A stretch of 64,000 nucleotides of DNA from Selaginella moellendorffii (GCF_000143415.4 NW_003314346.1:62001-126000); one strand, 5' to 3'; numbered from the stretch's first letter, positions 42,891 to 54,199 are shown. Program-made: numbers and translations. The notes: generated by a model not told the origin, from the letters alone.

Positions 42891-43527
42891 CCGGACTCGG
42901 ACTCGGACTCGGACTCGGACTCGGACTCGGATTCGGACTCGGACTCGGGCTCGGGCTCGGTCTCGGCCTCGGCCTCGGTCTCGGTCTCGGTCCCGATCTC
43001 GGTCTCGGTCTCGGTCCCGGTCTCGGTCCCAGTCTCGGTCCCGGTCTCGGTCTCGACTTCGGACTCCATCTCGGTCTCGACTTCGGTCTCGACTTCGGAC
43101 TCCATCTCGGGTCCATCTCGGGTCCATCTCGGACTCCATCTCGGACTCCATCTCGGGTCCATCTCGGACTCCATCTCGGACTCCATCTCGGGTCCATCTC
43201 GGACTCCATCTCGGACTCCATCTCGGGTCCATCTCGGACTCCATCTCGGACTCCATCTCGGGTCCATCTCGGGCCCCTCTCGGACTCCATCTCGGACTCC
43301 ATCTCGGGTCCATCTCGGGTCCACCTCGGACTCCATCTCGGACTCCATCTCGGACTCCACTTCGGACTCCAACTCGGGTCCATCTCGGACTCCACTTCGG
43401 ACTCCACTTCGGACTCCAACTCGGGTCCATCTCGGACTCCACTTCGGACTCCAACTCGGGTCCATCTCGGACTCCACTTCGGACTCCAACTCGAGTCCAT
43501 CTCGGACTCCAACTCGAGTCCATTTCG
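42891..43527. repeat. Same minisatellite in the second family B LTR, 48 bp longer
   Basis: Directly visible; the offset between the two LTRs changes from 5899 to 5947. Confidence 0.95.
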
Positions 43528-43754
43528 GACACTCCCACGTGTCATGTGTTGGTCCTTTTGGGTCCCTTTTTGGAGCCTCGCCTTTTGCTCGCTTCGTGCT
43601 CGTTCCTCGAGCACTTTGTTGGGAGTTCCACTCCCGCTCTTGACTTTTCAAGTCGGAGCTTTTGGTCCAAACGTGTTACGCTCGTTTGGCTCTCGCTTCG
43701 GCCACTCCCATGTGGCGCCCTTCCGGCTCCACTTTGGGGCCTAGGGATTTTGTG

Positions 43755-43961
43755 TCTGATACCAAATGTAACCTCCTGAGTTTGGACTTCCCGGGAGGTC
43801 ACCCATCCCAGTACTATTCAAACCCAAGGACGCTTAACCCCAAATATCCCAAGACCCTTAACCGATTGGAAAAGGGGGTGCACTCTTTTTCATGGGCCCT
43901 TTCCCTCTATATTTGAACCCCTATGGATCGTCTCTCGAGTCGTTCCCTTTGGTTGCTTACA
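43755..43961 (-). mobile_element. Cassandra-type TRIM 5' LTR (43767-43961, 195 bp) plus tRNA-iMet PBS
   Basis: TGTAA...TTACA termini. The minus strand contains GTTAAGCGTCCTTGGG...TAGTACTGGGATGGGTGACCTCCCGGGAAGTCC (5S internal control region) and is followed by TT-TGGTATCAGA. Confidence 0.88.
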
Positions 43962-45094
43962 CCTTTATCCTATGGTGATTTACCATAGGATAACACCACG
44001 AAGCGGAACCTAAACCCTCTTTGTGCCACGTGACAGATGCCATGTGTCACATGCCACGTGTCCATGCCACGTGTCCACAGGAACCCAAGGTTCAGGGCCT
44101 TGAGCCACTGAACGAACGAACGGTGCCAAACTCCCAAGCGTGACGCCAAGGAGTGATGGAACCGGACCACGGAGCAACTCCTGAGCATATAGCCCAAGGA
44201 GCGAAGGGACAAGAGCCCGGAGCGACTTGGAACAGTCCTGGAGCAACCAGCATACCAATGCCAGGACCAGCACGCAAAACGGAGCCAAACGGAGTCTGGC
44301 GCTATTTCGGCATACCGGTGGCCTAACGTGAGGATATGGGTACTCCACCAGCTAGCATGGAATGGAACTTGGGCTTAGACCCAAGCCGGACGCAGAACAA
44401 GGACAGGCACGCAAGCGGGAGCTAGACTATGCCTCAGGTTGGTCGGCCATGCCCGACCTACCCACTATCCCTACTATACATTTGGAACCCCCCACAGCCC
44501 CCCCCCCTTGAGGAACACACGCTTTGGGCTTTCACCCCAAGCCTCCCTTAGTATCAGGAGTTAGTCTCTGGGACAAACTCAAAACTTACTAAATATGGAA
44601 TGTCCTTAGATTGTGAATTTGGACACGGGACGAACACCATTGTGTTCAGGCCGATCTCTACATTCCGTAGATATGCCAAATGAGCAAATCTGGACACTTT
44701 CCATAAATAGCATTTGGGACCAAAATGAGACTAACACAAAGGGCATGATAGCGAGGGTGTTTGGCAGACACGGTAAGCTATCATCTAGCGAATATTGAGG
44801 GACCAATCTCAATATCGCGGGGGTTCCTAACACTAGCAAGTGCAAGCCAACATCATGAGTTTCTCATCACCGTGTCAAGTCTGCTTGACTAAATGATAAC
44901 TTAGGATTTCCTTCCTTAGTGCCCTTCCGGTCTAAGTGCACATGTGATGACCAGTTTCTCAACTAGCTTAGGTGGAAACTGATAACGGGTCCAGCAATAC
45001 CGACCTCCTGCCATCGTGGCAGTAAGGTAAGAGTGTCCGTAAGGACTAGCCGATAGGTAACTTTCGATACCCGAAGTCACATGCGCGACACTAA

Positions 45095-46167
45095 TGTAGC
45101 GCACGTGGTTTTGACCCTTTATCCTATGGTGATTTACCATAGGATAACACCACGAAGCGGAACCTAAACCCTCTTTGTGCCACGTGACAAATGCCACGTG
45201 TCACATACCACGTGTCCGTGCCACGTGTCCATAGGAACCCGAGGTTCAGGGCCTTGGGCCACTGAACGAAGGAACGGTGCCAAACTCCCAAGCGTGACGC
45301 CAAGGAGTGATGAAACCGGACCACGGAGCAACTCCCGAGCATATAGCCCAAGGAGCGAGGGGACAGGAGCCCGGAGCGACTTGGAACAGTCCTGGAGCAA
45401 CCAGCATACCAATGCCAGGACTAGCACGCAAAACGGAGCCAAACGGAGTCTGGCGCTATTTCGGCATACCGGTGGCCTAACGTGAGGATATGGGTACTCC
45501 ACCAACTAGCATGGAATGGAACTTGGGCTTAGACCCAAGCTGGACGCAGAACAAGGACAGGCACGCAAGCAGGAGCTAGACTATGCCTCAGGTTGGTCGG
45601 CCATGCCCGACCTACCCACTATCCCTACTATACATTTGGAACCCCCCACAGCCCCCCCCCCTTGAGGAACACACGCTTTGGGCTTTCACCCCAAGCCTCC
45701 CTTAGTATCAGGAGTTAGTCTCTAGGACAAGCTTAAAACTTACTAAATATGGAATGTCCTTAGAATGCGAATTTGGACACAGGACGAACACCATTGTGTT
45801 CAGGCCGACCTCTACATTCCGTAGATATGCCAAATGAGCAAATCTAGACACTTTCCATAAATAGCATTTGGGACCGAAATGAGACTAACACAAAGGGCAT
45901 GATAGCGAGGGTGTTTGGCAGACACGGTAAGCTATCATGTAGCGATATTGAGGGACCAATCTCAATACGCGAGGGTTCTTGTCAAGCCAGTGCAAGACAG
46001 AGCAAAAGAGAACTAAAAAGCCAGGCCAAGTATGCTTGGCTGAATAGACACTTAGGAATTCCGTCCTTATGCTCATCTGGCCAAGTACAGATGCAAAGTC
46101 CAGTTTACTAACACTTGAACAAGAGGGGCTGATAAAGGGTCCAGCAATACCGACCTCCTGCCATCGT
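45095..46167 (-). repeat. Family A LTR, truncated by an oppositely oriented LTR
   Basis: Starts TGTAGCGCAC four nucleotides after the previous LTR ends. Confidence 0.88.
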
Positions 46168-46388
46168 TGTCGCGAATGTGACTTCAGGTATCGAAAGTTA
46201 CCTGTCGGCTAGTCCTTACGGACACTCTTACCTTACTGCCACGATGGCAGGAGGTCGGTATTGCTGGTTCCCTTTATTAGCCCCTCTTGTCCAAGTGTTA
46301 GCTTACTGGGCTTAGCATCTGTACTTAGCCAGATGGACATAAGGTAGGAACTCCTATGTGTTTCTAGCTGAGCATACTCGGCCTGGCT
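46168..46388 (+). repeat. 5' part of a family A/chromovirus-type LTR running into a gap
   Basis: Starts TGTCGCGAATGTGAC. Confidence 0.85.
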
Positions 46389-46488
46389 NNNNNNNNNNNN
46401 NNNNNNNNNNNNNNNNNNNNNNNNNNNNNNNNNNNNNNNNNNNNNNNNNNNNNNNNNNNNNNNNNNNNNNNNNNNNNNNNNNNNNNNN
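46389..46488. other. Assembly gap (100 N)
   Basis: Run of N. Confidence 1.
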
Positions 46489-46541
46489 ATGGTGCCCGCT
46501 ATAGACGACTTCGCACGTGGGCAGTCTTTGATCCAAAGAAG

Positions 46542-48692
46542 GTGGAAGCAGTGAAGTCCTGGGAAGTTCCGACCACTGTATCAGATGTTCGATCCTTTCT
46601 CGGTTTGGCGGGATACTATCGTAAGTTTGTCCGCAATTTTGCAAGGATTGCTCTTCCGTTGACTGAGTTGACGAAGAGTAGTATTCCGTTTCATTGGACA
46701 CCAGTTTGCCAGCGTGCTTTTGCACGGTTGGAGGAGATCTTGACTACAGTTCCTGTTCTCAGGATCCCAGATCTTGATAAACCCTTCGAAGTGCATTGTG
46801 ATGCATCTGGCTATGCTATTGGTGCCGTGTTGCAGCAAGATTGTGACAAAGCGATTGGTGTTACGCTAAGGCGACATGGTTGTCCCGTTGCGTTCTATTC
46901 CAAGAAATTGGATGAGACCCAACGAAAGTGGCCAACGCACGAGAAAGAGATGTTTGCTATAGTGTCGGCCCTGGAACACTGGAGACACTACTTGGGTGGA
47001 CATACCAAGGTTTATACGGATAGTAACACACTAAGCTACTTTGCTACGCAGCCTAAGCTTACGCCGAAGCAGGCTCGTTGGCAAGAGAAGCTTGCTAGAT
47101 ATGATATTGAAATCATATATAAACCTGGTAAAGACAATATTGTTCCGGATGCGTTGAGTCGTCAAGCTCAATTCCGGGCAATATCGGCAATCAGTTCGGA
47201 TTGGTTGGAAGACGTTCGGGCTTCATATGGAAGTGATCCATTGGCGAAGGCAATCTTATGCCGTGCGGGGTTGTTGAAGCAGAGCCCTGGTAGCGAAGCA
47301 GCAAAAGTTGCTAGTCGCACTAATGCGAAGCTTCACTTCTCAGTTCGGGATGGGCTTATATTCTATAAGCAAGAAAGATTGTATCTTCCCTCTAAGGATC
47401 TTCAGCAGTTATTTCTGCGGGAACATCATGATGTTCCAGCAGCGGGACATGGTGGGAAGCGAAAGACTCTAGCTTCATTGAAAAAGGGATTTTTCTGGTC
47501 TGGTATGGAAGATGATGTAGCGGACTATGTCCGTTCCTGTCCTGTATGCCAGCAATGTAAGCGCAGAACTGAGAAGCAGGCTGGAAAGTTGCAGTGCATT
47601 CCAGCACCGGCATGGCCATTTCAAAGTGTGACACTTGATTTCGTCACTTGCTTGCCGAAGTCTAAGGGTTATGATACTTTGATGGTGGTTGTGGATCGGT
47701 TGTCAAAGATTGCACACTTCGTTCCAACTGTGGGAACAGTAAATGCGAAACAAGCAGCAAAGCTCTTTTTCCATGAAGTAGTGCGGGTTCGTGGTCTTCC
47801 TGAAGAAATGATCTCAGATAGAGATTCGAGGTTTACGGGGAAGTTTTGGGGAACCCTATTCCAGTTGTTTGGTACCAAGTTGAAGTTTAGTACGGCTTAT
47901 CATCCTCAAACTGATGGGCAGACCGAACGCGTGAATGCTCAAGTTGAGGATTATCTGCGGTACTATGTCGCAGCGGACCAACGCGACTGGGTTGAGCATT
48001 TGGATACAGCAGAAATATGTTATAACAACACATTTCACAGCTCTATAGGCTGTTCTCCATGGGAGATGTTGCAAGGGAATGCTCGTGGGGTTCCTCAACA
48101 GATCGTTGTCCCAAAACCAATGACCGAGGTGTTGGTCCCAGCCGTGGAAACTTATGCGGAGCAGCTACGTCAAGGTTGGTCTAAAGCTACCGAGGCGATG
48201 GGCAAAGCTCAGGATAGGTATCGACGTGATAAGGATCAGCATCGTCGGGATGTATCCTATCAAGTGGGAGATCAGGTGTGGCTATCTTCCCGCAACTTGA
48301 ACATTAAGGGTTCTTTGTCTCGGAAGTTCTTGCCGAGATATGTTGGACCCTATCGGGTGTTAAAACGTCTTGGTGATGTATCCTATCGGTTGGATCTGCC
48401 TGCGGAGATGTCCAATGTTCATAATGTATTTCATGCCAATTTATTGGCACCTTACACTGTGGATGTTGCACGTCAACGGGAGATTCGTCCACCGCCAGAC
48501 GTTGTGGATGGTGAACCTGAGTATGAAGTCGAAGCTATTTTGGATTCGCGCTGGCTTAAACGTGCCAAACGTCGGGAGTATCTCGTTAAGTGGAAAGGTT
48601 ACCCAACTTGTGAATCAACTTGGGAACCTCTTAGTAATCTTACACATGCTCGTGAGCTTGTCACGGAGTATGAGCATTGTAATAAAGATTAG
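46542..48692 (+). CDS. Ty3/Gypsy chromovirus Pol, 5'-partial: RT thumb, RNase H, integrase, chromodomain
   Basis: Motifs VRSFLGLAGYYRKF, CDASGYAIGAVL, HHCC zinc finger, DFVT/SDRD/QTE (DDE), GPY, and YEVEAILDSR...YLVKWKGY...STWEP. Uninterrupted 716 aa. Confidence 0.97.
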   Translation: MEAVKSWEVPTTVSDVRSFLGLAGYYRKFVRNFARIALPLTELTKSSIPFHWTPVCQRAFARLEEILTTVPVLRIPDLDKPFEVHCDASGYAIGAVLQQDCDKAIGVTLRRHGCPVAFYSKKLDETQRKWPTHEKEMFAIVSALEHWRHYLGGHTKVYTDSNTLSYFATQPKLTPKQARWQEKLARYDIEIIYKPGKDNIVPDALSRQAQFRAISAISSDWLEDVRASYGSDPLAKAILCRAGLLKQSPGSEAAKVASRTNAKLHFSVRDGLIFYKQERLYLPSKDLQQLFLREHHDVPAAGHGGKRKTLASLKKGFFWSGMEDDVADYVRSCPVCQQCKRRTEKQAGKLQCIPAPAWPFQSVTLDFVTCLPKSKGYDTLMVVVDRLSKIAHFVPTVGTVNAKQAAKLFFHEVVRVRGLPEEMISDRDSRFTGKFWGTLFQLFGTKLKFSTAYHPQTDGQTERVNAQVEDYLRYYVAADQRDWVEHLDTAEICYNNTFHSSIGCSPWEMLQGNARGVPQQIVVPKPMTEVLVPAVETYAEQLRQGWSKATEAMGKAQDRYRRDKDQHRRDVSYQVGDQVWLSSRNLNIKGSLSRKFLPRYVGPYRVLKRLGDVSYRLDLPAEMSNVHNVFHANLLAPYTVDVARQREIRPPPDVVDGEPEYEVEAILDSRWLKRAKRREYLVKWKGYPTCESTWEPLSNLTHARELVTEYEHCNKD

Positions 48693-49300
48693 TTTTTGTA
48701 AATCTTGTAATAAATCTTGCAAATTAATAAAGTAAAATATTTCTATCACTCAAAGTGTCATTTCTCTCAATCATTTGTACTTGGGTCAGTTTTGGCAGGC
48801 TGACTTCGGCACTTCGGTGCATGGGTCCAATCCATAACCATGGGGATAACTATTATAGACTGATCACAAGTCCCCGCCTCTCTCTCGATGACTCCTTTTC
48901 AAAAAAAAAAAAAAAAGGGGCGTGGTCGTGTAAACAACTTACTCTGCCAGTTTATAATAGTTGTCTAAATCTTCCCGACGGGGTTGATTTCTTGCTCAGG
49001 GGCAGTTGGGCCTCTGGCCTTCTCCCTATATCCCTGCGGGCAGGGATGTATCATTCCTTTGTAAGCTGAGTGGTACTCAGAGCAGCAAGGGTGGCTAACT
49101 CCGTTGGTCATTTCCTTGTCGGCGACGGCCGGAGGGTGTCTGAGTCTTAGCATCTTTTGACGTAGAGGAGAGGTCGTTCCATAACTCATTTAAGTCGGTG
49201 CATTTCCCACATAGTGTGCTTTCCGTTAACTTTCGGGGTTGTTTCCTTGACGGTTTGCTAGACTCGGGTATGCATCGACGAGGACGTCGATCTTCCCCAA

Positions 49301-50196
49301 GGGGGGGAGAGTGTCGCGAATGTGACTTCGGGTATCGAAAGATACTTGTCGACCAGTCCTTACGGGCACTCTTTCCTTACTGCCATGACGGCAGGAGGTC
49401 GGTACTGCTGGTTCCCTTTAATAGCCCCTCTTGTCCAAGTGTTAGTAAACTGGACTTAGCATCTGTACTTGGCCGGATGAGCATAAGGACGGAATTCCTA
49501 AGTGTCTATTTTGCCAAGCATACTTGGCCCGGCTTTTTAGTTCTCTTTTGCTCTGTCTTGCACTGGCTTGGCAAGAACCCTCGCATGTTGAGACTAGTCC
49601 CTCAATATCGCCGGATGATAGCTTACCGTGTCTGCCAAACACCCTCGCTATCATATCCTTTGTGTTGGTCTCATTTCGGTCCTAAATGCTAAATATGGAA
49701 AGTGTCCAGATTAGCTCATTTGGCATATCTACGGAATGTAGAGATCGGCCTGAACACAATAGTGTTCGTCCCGTGTCCAAATTCGCAATCTAAGGACATT
49801 CCATATTTAGTAAGTTTCGGACTTGTCCCAGAGACTAACTCCTGGTACTAAGGGAGGCTTGGGGTGAAAGCCCAAAGCGTGTGTCCCTCAAGGGGGGGGG
49901 GCTGTGGGGGGTTCCAAATGTATAGTAGGGATAGTGGTTGGAATGCATGTCCGACCACCTGAGACATTAGTTTGGCTTCCGCTGGGCTGTGTCGCTCCTT
50001 GTTCTGTGTCCGGCTTGGGTCTAAGCCCAAGCTCCACGTTAGGCCACCGGTATGCCAAAATTGTGCCAGACTCCGTCTGACACCATTTTGCGTGCAGGTG
50101 CTAGATACGGGGAGCTGGTGCTCGTGGGATTGTACCGGACCCTCGTTTCGTAGCGCAACGGGCTTGGAGTTCGGCTCCAAATTCAGGTGCGCTACA
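49301..50196 (+). repeat. PPT and 3' LTR (49312-50196, 885 bp) of the chromovirus
   Basis: GGGGGGGAGAG followed by TGTCGCGAA...GTGCGCTACA; homologous to family A LTRs. Confidence 0.9.
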
Positions 50197-50416
50197 GTGT
50201 CTCTGCACCCCGAATTGTAGTCTGGAGAAGGGTCCTCTGCAGCGGACCGGGTTTAAGTCCCTTGGAACGGGACGCCAGAGAGGGTGAGAGCCCCGTCTAG
50301 CCCGGACCCTGCTGCATCACGAGGCTCTTTCGGCGAGTCGGGCTGTTTGGGAATGCAGCCTTAAGTGGGTGGTAAATTCCATCCAAGGCTAAATACTGGT
50401 GAGAGACCGATAGCGC

Positions 50417-50461
<45 letters not shown>

Positions 50462-50673
50462 TAAAAAGTGCTTGAAATTGCTGGGAGGGAAGCGAATGGA
50501 TGCCTTGTGCGCCCCTTGGTTGTGTGTGGAACGGCGAGAGCTGGTCTGCCAAGCAATGCAAGGGGCTGTCCAGCATGGGAGGACGCGGCGGGATAACGGC
50601 TTGTGAGCCTCTGGCTCCCTGCCAATGCCGCCGCTGCCTCTGAAAATGGTGGGGTGCTCCGGTGCCCCGCCAG
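50197..50673 (+). pseudogene. 26S rDNA fragment (477 bp)
   Basis: Near-identical to 6309-6785. Confidence 0.95.
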
Positions 50674-51176
50674 CATCCACAGTCTTCTCTCGTCCAACAA
50701 TGGGAAACTGCTGCCCGATGTCCTTCAGAGACAAGCCAGTTGGCAAAGAAGATAATGAATCCCTTTCAAGGCATTTTCTGTACATGCGGGCATGCTTAAG
50801 ACGAGGTCCAAAGAGCTCCTTCAGCTTGGCAATCCGATCACGGGCGTTTGACCAATCAACTCCACTAAAGGGAATGAGCTGCTGACGGAGCTGCTTCTCC
50901 TTCTCCATCCAGTTCTCCTTCTCACGGAGCTGCTTTTTCTCCTCCATCCAGTGTTTCTGAAGCTCACCCTGTGTGGAATCCACCTTCTGGTCAGCGCGCT
51001 CCACAACCTGCTCAATCGCTTGTTGCACGGCCCTGATCTCCGATTCCACTTCCTCAATCTGCTGCTGAATCGATCGCTCAGGCCCATCCGCCCTTTGCCG
51101 CTTCCCAGCCCTGATATCTGATTCCAATTCCTCCCCATCCGCCCTTGGCCGCTTCCCATGAGACTGCTCGCACCAT
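50674..51176 (-). pseudogene. Truncated coiled-coil protein gene fragment
   Basis: Heptad-like IEEVESEIRAVQQAIEQV...EKKQLREKE. The nearest in-context ATG (51176) is out of frame, and the 3' end is replaced by rDNA. Confidence 0.45.
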
Positions 51177-51225
51177 GGCGGAACCCTAACCTAGGTACTC
51201 TGTTTTTTAGGGTTCTAGCCGTAGA

Positions 51226-52965
51226 ATGGAAGACGGAGGACATTGTGCGAGGCGAGCTTCGACTGCATTCGATGTGAGGTTGATAGAAAACACCTGAAAC
51301 TGGCATTGAGGTATGTTCAGCTGAATCTGTGAAATGGTGTAGACTTTACTGAGTTTACCTGCATTCGGGCAGGTAAACTGGAGTAGGTTCACGTAGAAAA
51401 GAACTAATGTTGACTACTCATTCAGAGCGGCAGTGAGTATATGGCAGGACAGCTTCAGGCATCTCGGACTCTCCTCAGAGAGCTGATCTTTGGCTGATCA
51501 ACACGTAAGTTCAGTATCAGAAGGAAGAATCTTAAGCTGGATCAATTGTTGCTGCTGTTTTATTCGCAGGTGTACTGTGAAAGCTCCGACAATGGAAACA
51601 CTGATACGTAAAGGCAAAGCGGCCTCTATTCCCTTGGTGGATAGCTGGATGCGTTCCTCAGGGTTTAAAAGATCTCGAAGCCGTCAAATACAGCGGGGGA
51701 GACTTTGAAAGGCCACGAGGCCCAGCTGCTTTGATGGGATGCTTTACCGTCTCTTGATTTGCCAAATGTTTATAATCTCTTTTGCTGTTGTGTTTTCAGG
51801 TTCGTAAGAACAAGTTTGTCGAGATCATTCCTATCAACGTTGGCTGCTTGGGTGCTTGCACATACTGCAAGACGAAGCATGCTCGCAGGCATCTTGGCAG
51901 CTACACAGTAGACGCACTAGTAAGGACCTTCGCCAGTTTCTTTTCTCTGTTACTGAGCTTTATCTACAGGTGCAAAGATTGAAAACCGTGGTGTCTGAGG
52001 TGTGAAGGAGATATGGCAACACTGGAGCTTACGGTTATGGTTATCTGTTTCAAGCTAGCATTTTCTTTTTACTTTTTTCTTTCTTTGCACTACAGGACGA
52101 GACATTGGAGCAAATATACCAGCGCTTCTACGTGCTTTAGTTGCCGCGCTTCCTCATAGACAGAAGTACAATGCTCCGAATCTACATCTTACAGCATCTG
52201 GAGGAAATGGCTGTCACCCCTGCGTGTATTTGTTCCTTCATGTTCTGGTTCAATCTGGAAGGGACTCGGTGTTGGAGGTACCGATGTTCTGGGTGATTGT
52301 TTTGTCTCTGTAAGCTGTTTTCTGTGTTCTTCAGGGCATGAAGAGGGAGTACACGTTTTCTGAGTTTAGAAAAATTGTGGATACTCTCACAAGACTAGTC
52401 CCGGAGATTCATATCGCTACAGATATTATCTGTGGATTTCCAGGTACACTCACATGCATGAAAAAGATTGTATCTTATTGAGCTTTTATCCCTGTCAGGA
52501 GAAACATCAGAGGATTTTGACAGGATCATGGAACTAATACGAGAGTACACGTTCCCACAGGTCCACATATCACAGTTTTACCCTCGACCAGGTAGGTAAT
52601 CTCTGTACATGCTACTGAATGGTTCTCTCTGTCACTAGTGTTCATCCTGTCAATATCCTTAGACAGGAACACCGGCGGCTCTAATGAAACGGGTTCCAAC
52701 GCTCGAAGTGAAGAAACGAAGCCGTTCCTTGACAAGTCTGTTCGAATCGTTCACTCCTTACGCAGGAATGGAGGTAAAACGTACCGAGTCTGGGTCACCA
52801 ACACTGCTGCTGATGGAATTCATCTGGTATTCTTTCTTTTGTTCTACGTCTCTGCAGGTTGACCTGTGTACAAGTTCTACTTCCAGCTGTACCGGGCCTT
52901 CTTGGAAGCAAGTTAATGTGAAGATTACGTCTGTCGGAAGATGGTCTGTGACTGGCAAGTGGCGA
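51226..52965 (+). pseudogene. CDKAL1: Threonylcarbamoyladenosine tRNA methylthiotransferase (CDKAL1/eMtaB) pseudogene, intron-containing
   Basis: Motifs [38 protein letters not shown] (radical SAM CxxxCxxC), [25 protein letters not shown] and the TRAM segment VKITSVGRWS. Several small deletions and frameshifts. Confidence 0.88.
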
Positions 52966-54199
52966 ACCAGATTCCACTCCTGGAGATGATGCTGAGAAAG
53001 TCGGATGCGAGCAGCGGTAAGGAATGTGATCCTCGGGGAGTTCCTGAGAAAGAGATCTCGAGTCCGGGCATCACATTTTCGTTTGTTGAAATTCACCAGG
53101 ATCAGAAGCGGCGGGCTCTGTGGTCACTCTTGTGGCTTTCTTTACACACTCCAGACGAAAACAAGCTCAAGGACGAGTCTGTGCAACGCTCACACAAACT
53201 TGACTGGGCCCAACTGGGAGCTCCAACCAGAGTCCAATCTCCACTATCCCAGACGCGTAGAGTTTACGTCAATGACAGCGAGAGACTTATCTTCATCAGG
53301 ACTAGTACGCTCTGTGTTCGCTCTGTGTTCATCAGACTGTCTGTGGGAGAAATTCGTCGGCTCAAGTCAAGCCAACTTACCAAGGTACGTGCCTCCTGAC
53401 TATACTATTTTCTGGAAATGATGTTTTCCTTGCTTAAACGTTGAATTTTGCAGATGGCTGGTGCATAAGCACAGCACACTACTGTCGTCTTGAAGCACTC
53501 GCGTTTTATATTTCACGAACAGATACATGTTTCTGATTCAAGCCTTGGATGCATGGTGGGAACACAGGATTTACAGCTCCTCTAAGCTGTGTCCTCTTAT
53601 ATGAGAGCTTACGCTGCATGACTGGTGCGTATTCTATGAAGTGCTAAGCTCCACTTTTGCGAATCGTGCAGATTTCCTATCTGCCTCACTTCTGCCAAAG
53701 CTTCACAGCAGATTGAATATGTACGACCTGGAAGGTGTGTGTTTGGATGACAGAGTCACTGGGATGAAAATCTGGAAGGTGCTGTGTGACCTCTGACAGC
53801 ATTATATCTCATGGGTGAAAGTTTGCCTTCACTGCTCGGACCTGAATTATGCAGTCCGACTCGAGAGAGTCCGGTAAGTGGCATTCCCGCTGGCTGTTGG
53901 ATCCTCCACTGTTGGATTGTACAGATCTAACAGCTCAAACGCTCAGCCTTTGAGTTGCCAGAAATTTCAAAGTCCTAGCACTTGGTTTTTGGCAATGGAG
54001 AGGAAGGTACGTGAGCATGGCAGCTACGCCTTGAGCACACCACGGCCCAGGTCACCACAGCCAGCTGCTCCAGCAGCAGCAGCAGCTGCCGGCGCAGGCA
54101 GCGCCAGCCACTGCAACAGCCTGCGGCCTACCAACACCAGCAGCTGCTGCAGCTGCTGCTCCAGCCAGCCAGCTAGCCATGCCACGGCCGGCCTCCAGC

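Larger units (their letters stand above)
35988..43757 (-). mobile_element. Non-coding LTR retrotransposon family B (1.83-1.87 kb LTRs, ~4.1 kb internal region without long ORFs)
   Basis: Near-identical LTRs at 35988-37814 and 41887-43757 (the latter lacks its final CACA). PBS TGGTATCGGAGC on the minus strand near 41872-41883. G-rich PPT-like tract on the minus strand near 37815-37827. Confidence 0.9.
29974..45090 (-). mobile_element. Family A element whose 5' LTR is split by a nested 8-kb insertion
   Basis: LTR 29974-31119; internal 31120-35961; second LTR in two parts, 35962-35987 and 43967-45090; CCTTT duplicated at 35983-35987 and 43962-43966. Confidence 0.9.

Noticed and set aside
46168-50196. 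Single intact chromovirus bounded by the LTRs at 46168 and 49312
   Set aside because: The flanks ATCGT and GTGTC do not match, the LTR starts differ at several sites, and a gap intervenes.
52970-53900. Additional gene downstream of the CDKAL1 relic
   Set aside because: Splice-like signals and short ORFs are present, but no product is recognisable and no consistent model could be built.
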